The position numbers and the translations under genes were made by a program. The notes beneath the pieces were generated by a model, which worked only from the letters and a program-made list of their open reading frames with translations, did not search any database and had not been told where the DNA came from. DNA of 55,502 nt from Lachnospiraceae bacterium (GTDB taxonomy: Bacteria > Bacillota > Clostridia > Lachnospirales > Lachnospiraceae): the NCBI GenBank assembly GCA_017634315.1, contig JAGBNR010000142.1, positions 1-55,502 on the forward strand, in the 5' to 3' direction. Below, one piece after another: positions 18,955 to 29,189 of this stretch (positions are counted from its first letter, which is position 1; each line of letters starts with the position of its first letter).

Positions 18955-19827
18955 ATGAAGGTTGCAGTCATTGGTGCCGGCACAATGGGTCAGGGCATCG
19001 CAAAAGCATTCGCACAGTGTGATGATTTCGACAAGGTTTATCTTTGCGATATCAAGACGGAGTTTGCAGAGGGCGGACTTGCGAAGATCAAAAAAGGCTA
19101 TGAGAAGCTTGTTTCAAAGGGCAAGCTGGAGCAGGGTACGGCTGATGCTTATCTTGCGAAGTTTGAGACAGGTCTGAACTCTATAGCTACAGATCCCGAC
19201 CTGGTGGTTGAGGCAGCACTTGAGGTCATGCAGATAAAGCAGGACTGCTTTAAGGATCTGATGGAGAATGTGGTAAAGAATGAGAACTGCATCTTCGCAT
19301 CCAATACATCTTCGCTTTCGATCACGGAGATAGGCGCGGGTCTTCCGAAGCCGATCATCGGTATGCATTTCTTCAATCCTGCTGACAGAATGAAGCTCAT
19401 AGAGGTGATCGCAGGAGCGAATACTCCGGCAGACCTTGTTCAGAAGGTGAATGATATTTCCGTAAAGCTTGGCAAGACCCCTGTACAGGTGAATGAGGCT
19501 CCCGGGTTCGTCGTAAACAGGATACTTATTCCTTTGATCAACGAGGGTATCTTTGTTTATTCCGAGGGCATCTCCGATATCGAAGGTATAGATACGGCTA
19601 TGAAGCTTGGCTGTAATCATCCCATGGGACCCCTTGAGCTGGGTGACTATGTAGGACTTGATATAGTCCTTGCCATCATGGAGACCCTTTATAAAGAGAC
19701 AGGCGATTCGAAGTATCGTCCCGCTCCGCTCCTTAAGAAGATGGTAAGAGGCAAGAAGCTCGGTGTAAAGACAGGTATCGGCTTCTACAACTATGCTGAC
19801 GGCGGAAAAGTACCGACAGATAAGTAA
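18955..19827 (+). CDS. hbd: 3-hydroxybutyryl-CoA dehydrogenase
   Basis: GAGTMG, SNTSS, GMHFFNP, PGFVVNR, HPMGP. Confidence 0.97.
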   Translation: MKVAVIGAGTMGQGIAKAFAQCDDFDKVYLCDIKTEFAEGGLAKIKKGYEKLVSKGKLEQGTADAYLAKFETGLNSIATDPDLVVEAALEVMQIKQDCFKDLMENVVKNENCIFASNTSSLSITEIGAGLPKPIIGMHFFNPADRMKLIEVIAGANTPADLVQKVNDISVKLGKTPVQVNEAPGFVVNRILIPLINEGIFVYSEGISDIEGIDTAMKLGCNHPMGPLELGDYVGLDIVLAIMETLYKETGDSKYRPAPLLKKMVRGKKLGVKTGIGFYNYADGGKVPTDK

Positions 19828-19860
19828 TATTTTATATATAACTATGGAGGAACAAAAATC

Positions 19861-21027
19861 ATGGATTTTACTTTAGCCAAAGAACATGAGATGGCGAGAC
19901 AGCTCTTTAAGGATTTCGCCGAGAACGAAGTAAAGCCGCTTGCACAGGAGGTCGATCAGGAGCACAGATTCCCCAGAGAGACTGTAGACAAGATGGCGAG
20001 ATACGGCTTCATGGGCATACCCGTGCCCAAGGAGTACGGCGGACAGGGCTGTGACACCCTTACATACGCGATGTGTGTAGAGGAGCTGTCAAAGGTGTGC
20101 GGTACGACAGGTGTTATCGTATCAGCGCATACATCACTCTGCATCGATCCTATACTTACCTTTGGTACTGAGGAGCAGAAGCAGAAGTATGTGGTACCGC
20201 TTGCAAAGGGCGAGAAGCTCGGCGCATTCGGACTTACCGAGCCCGGTGCCGGTACAGACGCACAGGGTCAGCAGACCAAGGCAGTCGAAGACGGTGACGA
20301 GTGGGTATTAAACGGTTCCAAGTGCTTCATCACAAACGGTAAGGAAGCAGATGTATATGTTATCTTCGCGGTTACCGGTAAGATCGAGAAGCGCGGCAGG
20401 ATGATGAAGGAGATATCCGCATTCATCGTGGAGAAGGGCACTCCCGGCTTTACCTTCGGTACCAAGGAGAACAAGATGGGTATCTGCGGTTCGGCTACTT
20501 ATGAGCTCATCTTTACGGATTGCCGTATTCCCAAGGAGAACCTGCTCGGAGCAAGAGGCAAGGGCTTTAATATAGCAATGCATACGCTTGACGGCGGACG
20601 TATCGGTATCGCTGCTCAGGCACTCGGACTTGCTGCAGGTGCTCTCGAGACCACCATAAACTACGTCAAGGAGAGGAAGCAGTTCGGTAAGGCTATCGGA
20701 CAGTTCCAGAATACACAGTTCCAGCTTGCCGATATGGCTACGAAGGTAGAGGCTGCAAGACTTCTCGTATACAGAGCTGCAAAGAAGAAGGACGAGTACA
20801 AGAAGGATCCCAAGGTTTCTTATTCCGTAGAGGCTGCACAGGCTAAGCTCTGCGCGGCTGAGGTCGCTATGGAAGTAACCACCAAGGCAGTACAGCTTCA
20901 CGGCGGCTACGGATACATCAAGGAGTACGATGTGGAAAGAATGATGCGTGATGCCAAGATCACGGAGATCTATGAGGGAACCAGTGAGGTTCAGAGAATG
21001 GTCATCTCCGCGGCACTGCTGAAGTAA
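19861..21027 (+). CDS. bcd: Butyryl-CoA dehydrogenase
   Basis: [33 protein letters not shown]. Confidence 0.97.
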   Translation: MDFTLAKEHEMARQLFKDFAENEVKPLAQEVDQEHRFPRETVDKMARYGFMGIPVPKEYGGQGCDTLTYAMCVEELSKVCGTTGVIVSAHTSLCIDPILTFGTEEQKQKYVVPLAKGEKLGAFGLTEPGAGTDAQGQQTKAVEDGDEWVLNGSKCFITNGKEADVYVIFAVTGKIEKRGRMMKEISAFIVEKGTPGFTFGTKENKMGICGSATYELIFTDCRIPKENLLGARGKGFNIAMHTLDGGRIGIAAQALGLAAGALETTINYVKERKQFGKAIGQFQNTQFQLADMATKVEAARLLVYRAAKKKDEYKKDPKVSYSVEAAQAKLCAAEVAMEVTTKAVQLHGGYGYIKEYDVERMMRDAKITEIYEGTSEVQRMVISAALLK

Positions 21028-21056
21028 ACTAATTAGGGTAAAGGAGTGAAGATACA

Positions 21057-21842
21057 ATGAAAGTAATCGTTTGTATAAAGCAGGTGCCGGATACCAAGGG
21101 CGGAGTAAAGTTCAATCCCGACGGCACACTGGACAGAGGAGCAATGCTTGCCATCATGAATCCGGATGACAAGGCAGGTCTTGAGGCAGCTTTAAGACTC
21201 AAGGATCAGTACGGAGCGGAGGTAACGGTACTCACGATGGGTCTTCCGAAGGCAGCGGATGTACTTCGCGAAGCATTGGCTATGGGTGCCGACAAGGGCA
21301 TACTTGTAACTGACAGAGTGCTCGGAGGAGCAGATACATGGGCTACATCTACTACCATCGCAGGTGCTATCAGGAATCTCGAGTATGATCTGATCATCAC
21401 GGGACGTCAGGCTATCGACGGAGATACGGCTCAGGTCGGACCTCAGATAGCAGAGCATCTTGGAATACCCGTTATATCTTATGCGCAGGAGATCAAGGTA
21501 GACGGTGACAAAGTAATAGTTAAGCGTCAGTATGATGACAGATATCATATGCTTGAGGCAAAGATGCCTTGTCTTATAACTGCCCTTTCAGAGCTCAATG
21601 ATCCCAGATACATGACACCGGGTGGCATCTTCGATGCAGTAAATGCGGATATCACGACATGGGGCAGAGCTGACCTCAAGGATGTAGATGATGCAAATCT
21701 CGGACTGGCTGGCTCACCTACAAAGATCGCAAAGGCTTCCGACAAGGTAAGAAAGGGAGCAGGCGAAAAGGTCGTACCCGATACGCCGGAGGACGCAGTT
21801 AAGTATATCATTGGCAAATTAGACGAGAAACATGTCATATAA
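21057..21842 (+). CDS. etfB: Electron transfer flavoprotein beta subunit
   Basis: VCIKQVPD, GRQAIDGDTAQVGP. Confidence 0.97.
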   Translation: MKVIVCIKQVPDTKGGVKFNPDGTLDRGAMLAIMNPDDKAGLEAALRLKDQYGAEVTVLTMGLPKAADVLREALAMGADKGILVTDRVLGGADTWATSTTIAGAIRNLEYDLIITGRQAIDGDTAQVGPQIAEHLGIPVISYAQEIKVDGDKVIVKRQYDDRYHMLEAKMPCLITALSELNDPRYMTPGGIFDAVNADITTWGRADLKDVDDANLGLAGSPTKIAKASDKVRKGAGEKVVPDTPEDAVKYIIGKLDEKHVI

Positions 21843-21845
21843 AGC

Positions 21846-22003
21846 ATTTTCGGTGCATGCCAAAAATCATGCTTGCATGAATTTTTGGGCATGCATCAGA
21901 AAATCAAAAGTGCATGAGCAAAAAAGCTACATGAACGTGGTGAATGGAGCGATTTGCGAATGCACTTGGTGATTGCGAGAGTTGCGGAGCAACGGAGCAA
22001 TCA
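21846..22003. repeat. Three consecutive long imperfect hairpins between etfB and etfA
   Basis: Inverted repeats at 21846-21904 (centre CATGC-TT-GCATG), 21908-21967 and 21970-22003. Confidence 0.7.
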
Positions 22004-22036
22004 GCTTTAATTACTAATATGGAGGTAATAAATAAA

Positions 22037-23095
22037 ATGCAGAATATCGAAGAATATAAAGGCGTATTCGTCTTCGCTCAGCAGGTTGACAATGAGGTGA
22101 GCGGGATCGCATACGAACTGCTGGGGAAGGCAAGAGATCTTGCAGAGCCGCTTAACGCACAGGTCACTGCTGTGCTCATCGGCTCGGGAGTAAAGGGACT
22201 TTGCGACAAGCTCGCCGAGTATGGAGCTGACAGGGTTATCGTTGTGGATGATCCCGAGCTCAAGGAGTACAGGACAGAGCCTTATGCTCATGCACTGTCA
22301 TCCGTAATAAATGAATACAAGCCGGAGATAATGCTCGTAGGTGCTACGGCTATCGGACGTGACCTCGGACCTACAGTCTCGGCAAGAGTCGCTACCGGAC
22401 TTACGGCTGACTGTACCGTGCTCAATATCGGAGACTTCCCTCTGCAGCCTATACCGGGCAAGGAAGACGAGCAGAAGCACAATCAGCTCCTTATGACCCG
22501 TCCCGCATTCGGCGGCAATACCATAGCTACCATCGCATGCCCTAACAACCGTCCTCAGATGGCTACGGTACGTCCCGGTGTCATGCAGAAGATAGAGCCT
22601 AAGAAGGGTGCCAAGGCAGAGATAATCGAGTACAATCCCGGCTTTACTCCCAACAACAGATATGTCGAGATCAAGGAAGTCGTCAAGGCTGTATCCGATG
22701 TCAAGGACATCATGGATGCAAAGATCCTCGTATCAGGCGGACGTGGCGTAGGCTCACCCGAGAACTTCAAGATACTCGAGGAGCTCGCTGCAGCTATAGG
22801 AGGACAGGTGAGCTGCTCTCGTGCAGTCGTAGACTCAGGCTGGAAGCCTAAGGAAATGCAGGTCGGACAGACCGGTAAGACCGTGAGACCCAACGTATAC
22901 TTCGCTATCGGTATCTCGGGTGCCATCCAGCATGTAGCAGGCATGGAGGAGTCAGACATCATCATTGCCATCAATAAGGATGAGGATGCTCCGATCTTTG
23001 ATGTGGCCGATTACGGTGTGGTAGGGGATCTGAACAAGATCGTACCCGAGCTCACCAAGCAGATACTTGCTGCCAAGGAGGCAAAGGGAGCGTAG
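22037..23095 (+). CDS. etfA: Electron transfer flavoprotein alpha subunit
   Basis: GLTADC, RPAFGG, QVGQTG, GISGAIQH; GGAGG RBS before ATG 22037. Confidence 0.97.
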   Translation: MQNIEEYKGVFVFAQQVDNEVSGIAYELLGKARDLAEPLNAQVTAVLIGSGVKGLCDKLAEYGADRVIVVDDPELKEYRTEPYAHALSSVINEYKPEIMLVGATAIGRDLGPTVSARVATGLTADCTVLNIGDFPLQPIPGKEDEQKHNQLLMTRPAFGGNTIATIACPNNRPQMATVRPGVMQKIEPKKGAKAEIIEYNPGFTPNNRYVEIKEVVKAVSDVKDIMDAKILVSGGRGVGSPENFKILEELAAAIGGQVSCSRAVVDSGWKPKEMQVGQTGKTVRPNVYFAIGISGAIQHVAGMEESDIIIAINKDEDAPIFDVADYGVVGDLNKIVPELTKQILAAKEAKGA

Positions 23096-23115
23096 GCGGC
23101 CCACGCCCTTAACTT

Positions 23116-23260
23116 TCGTGCATCACTGTGAGCGTGGGCTGGTAGTTTGCTACGCAAACTACACCAAAGACAGCGAAGTCTACGCGTCATAGAGAGCATG
23201 GGCTGGTAGTTTGCTATGCAAACTACACCAAGGTCAGAGAAGATCGTGCATCACTGTGAG
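23116..23260 (+). repeat. ~2.3 tandem copies of a 64-bp unit containing the palindrome GTAGTTTGC-TAC/TAT-GCAAACTAC
   Basis: GGGCTGGTAG at 23136 and 23200; TCGTGCATCACTGTGAG at 23116 and 23244. Confidence 0.9.
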
Positions 23261-23269
23261 ATATACAGA

Positions 23270-23298
23270 CAGGCACCGAAGGAAACCTCCGGTGCCTG
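23270..23298 (+). terminator. Probable terminator of the butyryl-CoA operon
   Basis: CAGGCACCG-AAGG...CCTC-CGGTGCCTG stem; weak T-tail. Confidence 0.55.
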
Positions 23299-23467
23299 AA
23301 TACTGTTCCATTATTTACTTTACCGCCATAATATGATATCTTATACATCAGTTGATTAGGATTTCATGTGGGAGCATCCGGGCGTTTCGCCCATAATATC
23401 CAAAGACATTAAAAAGACAGACGTAAAGCATATAGTTTTCTTACCTGTTCTTTAGCATTTCATTTTA

Positions 23468-23529
23468 TCACTGCTTTTCTGCATGAGGTCTTAGTCAAAA
23501 ACTGAGGTTTTGTTGCAGAAAAGAGGTGA
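23468..23529 (+). promoter_or_regulatory. Leader hairpin sequestering the Rpn Shine-Dalgarno sequence
   Basis: CTTTTCTGCA pairs with TGCAGAAAAG, and TCAC pairs with GTGA of the RBS AGAGGTGA. Confidence 0.6.
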
Positions 23530-23533
23530 AAGT

Positions 23534-24433
23534 ATGGAAACGATCAAGGAAGAAGTTTATTTTTCTCCGGGGCTTGATGAGGCAACAGGAGAAATACCCG
23601 AAAAGCTGACAAATGACATCATTCTTCACAGCGTAACACAGAACAATAAGGAGGTACTCCGCGGACTGACGGCTGCACTTTTAATGGTGCCGGAAGATAC
23701 CGTGACAGATGTGGAGCTGCTGAACCCTATTGATTACAGGGACTTCGCGGATAAAAAGATGATACTGGACATTAAAGCATTGATAAACAGGTCGAGTATA
23801 GTAAACGTGGAACTGCAAATGGTGCTGACAACTGACAGCAGGTGGTGGATCAACCGGTCGCTGCTCTATCTTTGCCGCACGTTTGACAATGTGGAGGCCG
23901 GAAGGGAGTACAGTGAAGCACTACCCTCGGTGCAGGTCTGTATAGTCCCTAAGGATATGTTTTCGGATGCGCCGCCTGAGTTCTATGCAAAATATATGCT
24001 TATGAATGACAGGAACGGACATATATATACTCGCGACTTTAGTCTGAGAGTGTTATACTTGAATCATACAGATTTGGCTACGGAGACTGATAAAAAGAAC
24101 GGTCTCGATTTTTGGGCAAAGGCTTTTCTTGCGACTACGTGGGAGGAGCTTAAGTCACTGGCGAAGGAGTCATCCGTTTTCAGGGAGGTGGCAGAGAGTA
24201 TGTATACGGTAAATGCAGATGTGAGCCAGCGGAGCATGGCGGAGGCGCACCGCAAATTTGTGGAGTCATACGAGAATATGGAAGGCGCACTTGCTAGAAT
24301 AAAGCAGCGTGTCGAGGAAGAACAGCAGAAAGCGGAGAGTGAGCACCAAAAGGCAGAGGCAGCACGACGGAGAGCGGAAGCGGCAGAGGCTGAGGTAAGA
24401 GCACTAAAAGAGGAGCTTAGCAGATATAAATAA
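23534..24433 (+). CDS. Rpn family recombination-promoting nuclease / putative transposase (PD-(D/E)XK type)
   Basis: ND..L..V, ELLNP, LDIKA...NVELQ (D..ExQ), NRSLLY, FLATTWEEL and a coiled-coil tail; GAGGTG RBS. Confidence 0.88.
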   Translation: METIKEEVYFSPGLDEATGEIPEKLTNDIILHSVTQNNKEVLRGLTAALLMVPEDTVTDVELLNPIDYRDFADKKMILDIKALINRSSIVNVELQMVLTTDSRWWINRSLLYLCRTFDNVEAGREYSEALPSVQVCIVPKDMFSDAPPEFYAKYMLMNDRNGHIYTRDFSLRVLYLNHTDLATETDKKNGLDFWAKAFLATTWEELKSLAKESSVFREVAESMYTVNADVSQRSMAEAHRKFVESYENMEGALARIKQRVEEEQQKAESEHQKAEAARRRAEAAEAEVRALKEELSRYK

Positions 24434-24460
24434 CGACGCAGTGCCTTATGTTGGTGAATA

Positions 24461-24489
24461 TTGCATGATTTACTTATAAATGATACAAT
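24461..24489 (+). promoter_or_regulatory. Sigma-A promoter of ptb-buk
   Basis: TTGCAT-17-TACAAT with extended -10 TG. Confidence 0.65.
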
Positions 24490-24546
24490 CTCTAATTGCC
24501 CGTACCACGGTACGGGCAATTACTAATGATACAAAAGGAGAGGGAC

Positions 24547-25461
24547 ATGAGTAAGAATTTCAGTGAGCTGCTGAAGAAGGTAAATGAGTTTCCGATAAAG
24601 AAACTGTCAGTTGCGGCAGCAAATGACGATGAGGTCATCGAGGCGGCGGCAATGGCGCATGAGAAAAAGATTGCCGATTCCATACTTGTCGGAGACAAGG
24701 CGCAGATAGAGGCGATATGTAAGGATATCAAGGTCGATCCTTCAATCTTCGAGATAGTGGACATTAAGGATCCTATCGAGGCGGCACATGAGGCAGTACG
24801 TATCGTGCATGACGGTGAGGCTGATATGTACATGAAGGGACTGCTTTCAACAAAGGATTTCCTCAAGTCCATACTTGATAAGGAGGTCGGTCTGCGTACT
24901 GACAGACTGCTTTCACATGTCTGTGTATTTGAGATAAAGGGAGTATCACAGCTGCTGTTCCTTGCGGATGTGGCATTCCTGCCCTATCCTACCCTGGAGC
25001 AGAAGGTAGGCATAATAGAGAATACCGTAGAGGTATGTAATGCGTGCGGCATAGATATGCCCAAGGTAGCTCCTGTTGCGGCCGTAGAGGTGGTAAATGA
25101 GAAGATGCCCGCTACAGTGGAGGCGGCAGAGCTTACGAAAATGAATGAAGAAGGTAAGATAAAGGGATGCATAGTAGACGGTCCTCTCTCCGTTGATCTT
25201 GCGATCTATCCCGAGGCAGCAAAGCATAAGCATGCTGAGGACAGAAAGATCGTCGGCGATGCCGATGTCATACTCTTCCCCGACATCCATGCAGGGAATA
25301 TCGCATATAAATTTATCGTTCATACCACAGAGTTTAAGAATGCCTGCATCCTGACCGGAACAAAGGCACCCGCGATCCTGACATCGCGTTCGGACTCTGC
25401 GGAGACAAAGGTGAACTCCATAGCACTGGCTGCAGTGGTAGCTGCTTACCAGAATAAATAA
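24547..25461 (+). CDS. ptb: Phosphate butyryltransferase
   Basis: MKG, LLSHV, VDGPLS.DLAI, P.IHAGN, ILTSRSDS; directly upstream of buk. Confidence 0.95.
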   Translation: MSKNFSELLKKVNEFPIKKLSVAAANDDEVIEAAAMAHEKKIADSILVGDKAQIEAICKDIKVDPSIFEIVDIKDPIEAAHEAVRIVHDGEADMYMKGLLSTKDFLKSILDKEVGLRTDRLLSHVCVFEIKGVSQLLFLADVAFLPYPTLEQKVGIIENTVEVCNACGIDMPKVAPVAAVEVVNEKMPATVEAAELTKMNEEGKIKGCIVDGPLSVDLAIYPEAAKHKHAEDRKIVGDADVILFPDIHAGNIAYKFIVHTTEFKNACILTGTKAPAILTSRSDSAETKVNSIALAAVVAAYQNK

Positions 25462-25541
25462 TCTGGTATTGCAGAGCAGTTGAAAAATATGTATCAACAG
25501 CAGGATAGCATAAGACAACACACAGTATCAGGAGGTACAAA

Positions 25542-26606
25542 ATGGCAATAAGATCACTGATAATCAATCCCGGAAGCACATCTACAAAGATAGCTGTATT
25601 CGAAGACGAGACAATGCTCTTCGATCAGACACTGCGTCATTCCACTGAAGAGATATCTAAATACGATACGATATTTGATCAGAAACAGTTCAGGAAAGAC
25701 ATCATCATGGATTTCCTTAAAGAGAAGGACTTCGATATCAGGACGCTTGACATGGTAGTCGGAAGGGGCGGACTCGTAAAGCCTATACCCGGAGGTACAT
25801 ACAGGGTCTCGGATGCTCTTGTGGAGGATCTGAAGGTAGGTCCTCAGGGTCAGCATGCTTCAAATCTCGGAGGCGTACTCGCACGCGAGATAGCTGACGA
25901 GATAGGCAAGCCCTCCTTCATAGTCGATCCGGTTGCAGTGGATGAGCTTCAGCCGGTAGCGAGGATATCGGGTATACCGGATATCGAGAGAAATTCGATC
26001 TTCCACCCGCTCAACCAAAAGGCGATGGCCAGACGCTACGCAAAGGAGAACGGCAAGAAGTATGAGGACATCAACGTGATAGTGGCTCATATGGGAGGCG
26101 GAGTGTCTGTGGGTGCTCACAGAAAAGGACAGGTAGTTGATGTCAGCAATGCACTTGAGGGCGACGGGGCTTTCTCTCCGGAAAGAGCCGGCGGACTGCC
26201 GGTAGGTCCTCTGGTGAGGCTTTGCTATTCGGGAAAGTATACTGAGAAGGAAATGTACAAGAGACTCGTGGGCGGCGGCGGATTTACCGCATATCTGGGG
26301 TCAAACGACATGCAGGAGTGCACCAAGAGAGCCGAGACCGATGAACAGGCTAAGCTAATAGTGGATGCATTTGTATATCAGATCGCAAAGGATATCGGAT
26401 CGAGAGCAGCGGTGCTTGAGGGCAAGGTAGATGCTATCATTCTTACCGGCGGTATCGCTTACGGTAAGAAGGTGACTGACGCAATTTCGAAGTATGTAGA
26501 CTGGATCGCTCCCGTAGTGGTATATCCCGGCGAGGATGAGCTGCTGGCTCTTGCTCAGGGTGGACTGCGCGTATTAAGAGGCGAAGAAGAAGCAAAGGAA
26601 TATTAA
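25542..26606 (+). CDS. buk: Butyrate kinase
   Basis: [40 protein letters not shown]. Confidence 0.97.
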   Translation: MAIRSLIINPGSTSTKIAVFEDETMLFDQTLRHSTEEISKYDTIFDQKQFRKDIIMDFLKEKDFDIRTLDMVVGRGGLVKPIPGGTYRVSDALVEDLKVGPQGQHASNLGGVLAREIADEIGKPSFIVDPVAVDELQPVARISGIPDIERNSIFHPLNQKAMARRYAKENGKKYEDINVIVAHMGGGVSVGAHRKGQVVDVSNALEGDGAFSPERAGGLPVGPLVRLCYSGKYTEKEMYKRLVGGGGFTAYLGSNDMQECTKRAETDEQAKLIVDAFVYQIAKDIGSRAAVLEGKVDAIILTGGIAYGKKVTDAISKYVDWIAPVVVYPGEDELLALAQGGLRVLRGEEEAKEY

Positions 26607-26609
26607 TTA

Positions 26610-29189
26610 ATGACTATCGCTGAAAAGATATTCGGCACTCACAGTGACAGGGAATTAAAGAGGGTCAAGCCCATCGTGGATAAGATAGAGAGTCTTAAGC
26701 CGCAGATGGAGGCACTCTCTGATGAAGAGCTGCGGGGTAATACTAAAAAGTTTAAAGACAGGCTGGCTGCGGGAGAGACACTGGATGATCTTCTTCCCGA
26801 GGCATATGCCACCGTGAGGGAGGCATCCAAAAGAGTGCTTCATATGGAGCACTTCAGGGTACAGCTCATAGGCGGTACGATATTACATCAGGGGCGTATA
26901 GCCGAGATGCGTACAGGTGAGGGAAAGACGCTCGTGTGCACCCTTCCTGCGTACCTGAACGCACTTGAAGGAAGAGGTGTCGAAGTAGTCACGGTCAATG
27001 ACTATTTGGCCAAGCGTGACGCTGAGTGGATGGGACAGGTGCATGAGTTCCTCGGACTGACCGTGGGCGTGGTTCTTTCGGGGATGACACAGGAGGAAAG
27101 ACAGGCGGCTTACGGATGCGATATCACCTATGTCACCAATAATGAGCTGGGCTTTGATTATCTGCGTGACAATATGGCTATCTATAAGAAACAGCTGGTG
27201 CTCAGGGAGCTGCACTTCTGTATCATTGATGAGGTAGACTCGGTGCTCATAGATGAGGCGAGGACTCCGCTCATCATATCCGGACAGTCAGGTAAATCCA
27301 CTGTTATATACCAGCTCTGTGATCAGCTCGCCAGACAGATGAAGCGCGGAGAGGCTTCATCCGATGAGCTCTCAAAGATGGATGCCATCATGGGAGTGGA
27401 GATAGAGGAGACCGGAGACTTCATAGTCAACGAAAAGGATAATCTGGTCAATCTTACCGCAGAGGGTGTGCATAAGGTAGAGCAGTTCTTCCATATCGAC
27501 AACTTTGCGGACCCTGAAAATCTTGAGATACAGCACTGTATAATACTTGCCCTTCGCGCACACAATCTGATGCACAGGGATAAGGACTATGTGGTCAAGG
27601 ATGATCAGGTGTTGATAGTGGATGAGTTTACCGGACGTATCATGCCCGGCAGACGATATTCTGACGGACTGCATCAGGCTATAGAAGCAAAAGAGCATGT
27701 GAAGGTGAAGCGTGAATCAAAGACGCTCGCCACCATAACCTTCCAGAATTTCTTCAATAAGTTTGACAAGATCTGCGGTATGACCGGTACGGCACTGACA
27801 GAGGAAAAGGAGTTCAGAGAGATATATGGTATGGACGTTGTGACCATACCCACCAACAGACCGGTGGCACGTCAGGATATGCAGGATGCCGTGTTTAAGA
27901 CCAAGAAGGAAAAATACAGAGCTATATGCGATGAGGTGGTAAGGGCGCATGAGACAGGGCAGCCCGTACTGTTGGGTACGATAAACATAGACACCTCGGA
28001 ACTGCTGTCGGACATGCTCAGAAAGCGCGGTATACAGCATAACGTGTTGAATGCGAAGTTTCACGAGCAGGAGGCGGAGATCGTAGCGGATGCCGGTCGC
28101 CACGGAGCGGTTACGATAGCCACCAACATGGCGGGACGTGGTACCGATATCAAGCTGGATGACGAGGCGAAGGCCGCCGGCGGACTCTATGTCATAGGCT
28201 CGGAGAGACATGAGGCGAGACGTATAGACAATCAGCTGCGAGGCAGATCCGGACGTCAGGGCGACCCGGGTATGACGAGATTTTATATTTCTCTTGAGGA
28301 CGATCTTATGAGGCTTTTCGGATCGGACAGACTGATGGCTGCTTTTGAGGCACTGCAGGTGCCCGACGGTGAGCAGATAGAGCACAAGATGCTCTCGGGT
28401 GCCATAGAGAGAGCACAGAAGAAGATAGAGGAAAACAACTTCGGTATAAGAAAGAATCTATTGGAATACGATGCCGTAAATAACGAGCAGAGAGAACGTA
28501 TATATGAAGAAAGACGCAGAGTGCTCGATGGCGAGAGTATGAGAGACACTATCTACAAGATGATAACCGATACTGTGGACTCGGCTGTAGATACCTGTGT
28601 CGGGGAGGATGCAGGTTCAGAGGACTGGGATATGCGGGAGCTTAATCAGATATTGCTCCCTACCATACCGATGCAGCCTGTAAAGACTCCGGATGTAAAA
28701 GATATGCGCACCAAGGAAGAGCTCAAGCAGTTCCTTAAGACAAGAGCGGTAAAGCTCTATGAGGAAAAGGAGGCTGAGTTCCCCGAGACAGAGGCCATAA
28801 GAGAGGTGGAGCGCGTGATCCTTCTCAAGGTTATAGACCGTAAGTGGATGGATCATATAGATGATATGGATCAGCTCAGACAGGGTATCGGGCTGCAGGC
28901 ATACGGACAGAGAGATCCCGTGGTAGAGTACAAGATGACGGGATACGATATGTTTAATGACATGATAGATGCGATACAGGAGGAGACAGTCAAGACTCTC
29001 TTCCATATCCGTGTCGAAGAAAAGGTAGAGCGTGAACAGGTGGCAAAGGTTACTGGCACAAATAAGGACGACACATCAAAGCATGTGCCGAAGACCAGAA
29101 GCGACAAGAAGGTGTATCCGAACGATCCGTGCCCTTGCGGCTCAGGAAAGAAATATAAGAATTGTCATGGTCAGTCAGCCAGTGGCTGA
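26610..29189 (+). CDS. secA: Preprotein translocase subunit SecA
   Basis: [42 protein letters not shown] motif [13 protein letters not shown]. Confidence 0.99.
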   Translation: MTIAEKIFGTHSDRELKRVKPIVDKIESLKPQMEALSDEELRGNTKKFKDRLAAGETLDDLLPEAYATVREASKRVLHMEHFRVQLIGGTILHQGRIAEMRTGEGKTLVCTLPAYLNALEGRGVEVVTVNDYLAKRDAEWMGQVHEFLGLTVGVVLSGMTQEERQAAYGCDITYVTNNELGFDYLRDNMAIYKKQLVLRELHFCIIDEVDSVLIDEARTPLIISGQSGKSTVIYQLCDQLARQMKRGEASSDELSKMDAIMGVEIEETGDFIVNEKDNLVNLTAEGVHKVEQFFHIDNFADPENLEIQHCIILALRAHNLMHRDKDYVVKDDQVLIVDEFTGRIMPGRRYSDGLHQAIEAKEHVKVKRESKTLATITFQNFFNKFDKICGMTGTALTEEKEFREIYGMDVVTIPTNRPVARQDMQDAVFKTKKEKYRAICDEVVRAHETGQPVLLGTINIDTSELLSDMLRKRGIQHNVLNAKFHEQEAEIVADAGRHGAVTIATNMAGRGTDIKLDDEAKAAGGLYVIGSERHEARRIDNQLRGRSGRQGDPGMTRFYISLEDDLMRLFGSDRLMAAFEALQVPDGEQIEHKMLSGAIERAQKKIEENNFGIRKNLLEYDAVNNEQRERIYEERRRVLDGESMRDTIYKMITDTVDSAVDTCVGEDAGSEDWDMRELNQILLPTIPMQPVKTPDVKDMRTKEELKQFLKTRAVKLYEEKEAEFPETEAIREVERVILLKVIDRKWMDHIDDMDQLRQGIGLQAYGQRDPVVEYKMTGYDMFNDMIDAIQEETVKTLFHIRVEEKVEREQVAKVTGTNKDDTSKHVPKTRSDKKVYPNDPCPCGSGKKYKNCHGQSASG

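Noticed and set aside
20308-21057. 249-aa minus-strand ORF, and similar ones opposite thlA, crt, ptb and secA
   Set aside because: Antisense shadows of strongly codon-biased genes
21944-22036. N-terminal extension of EtfA in the ORF track
   Set aside because: Runs through the hairpin cassette; a GGAGG RBS supports ATG 22037. Track starts for engB, the SDR, NlpC/P60, rpn and ptb were trimmed for similar reasons
23116-23260. CRISPR mini-array
   Set aside because: Only two core copies; the linkers resemble each other (first and third share 17 nt) rather than being unique spacers; no cas genes in the window
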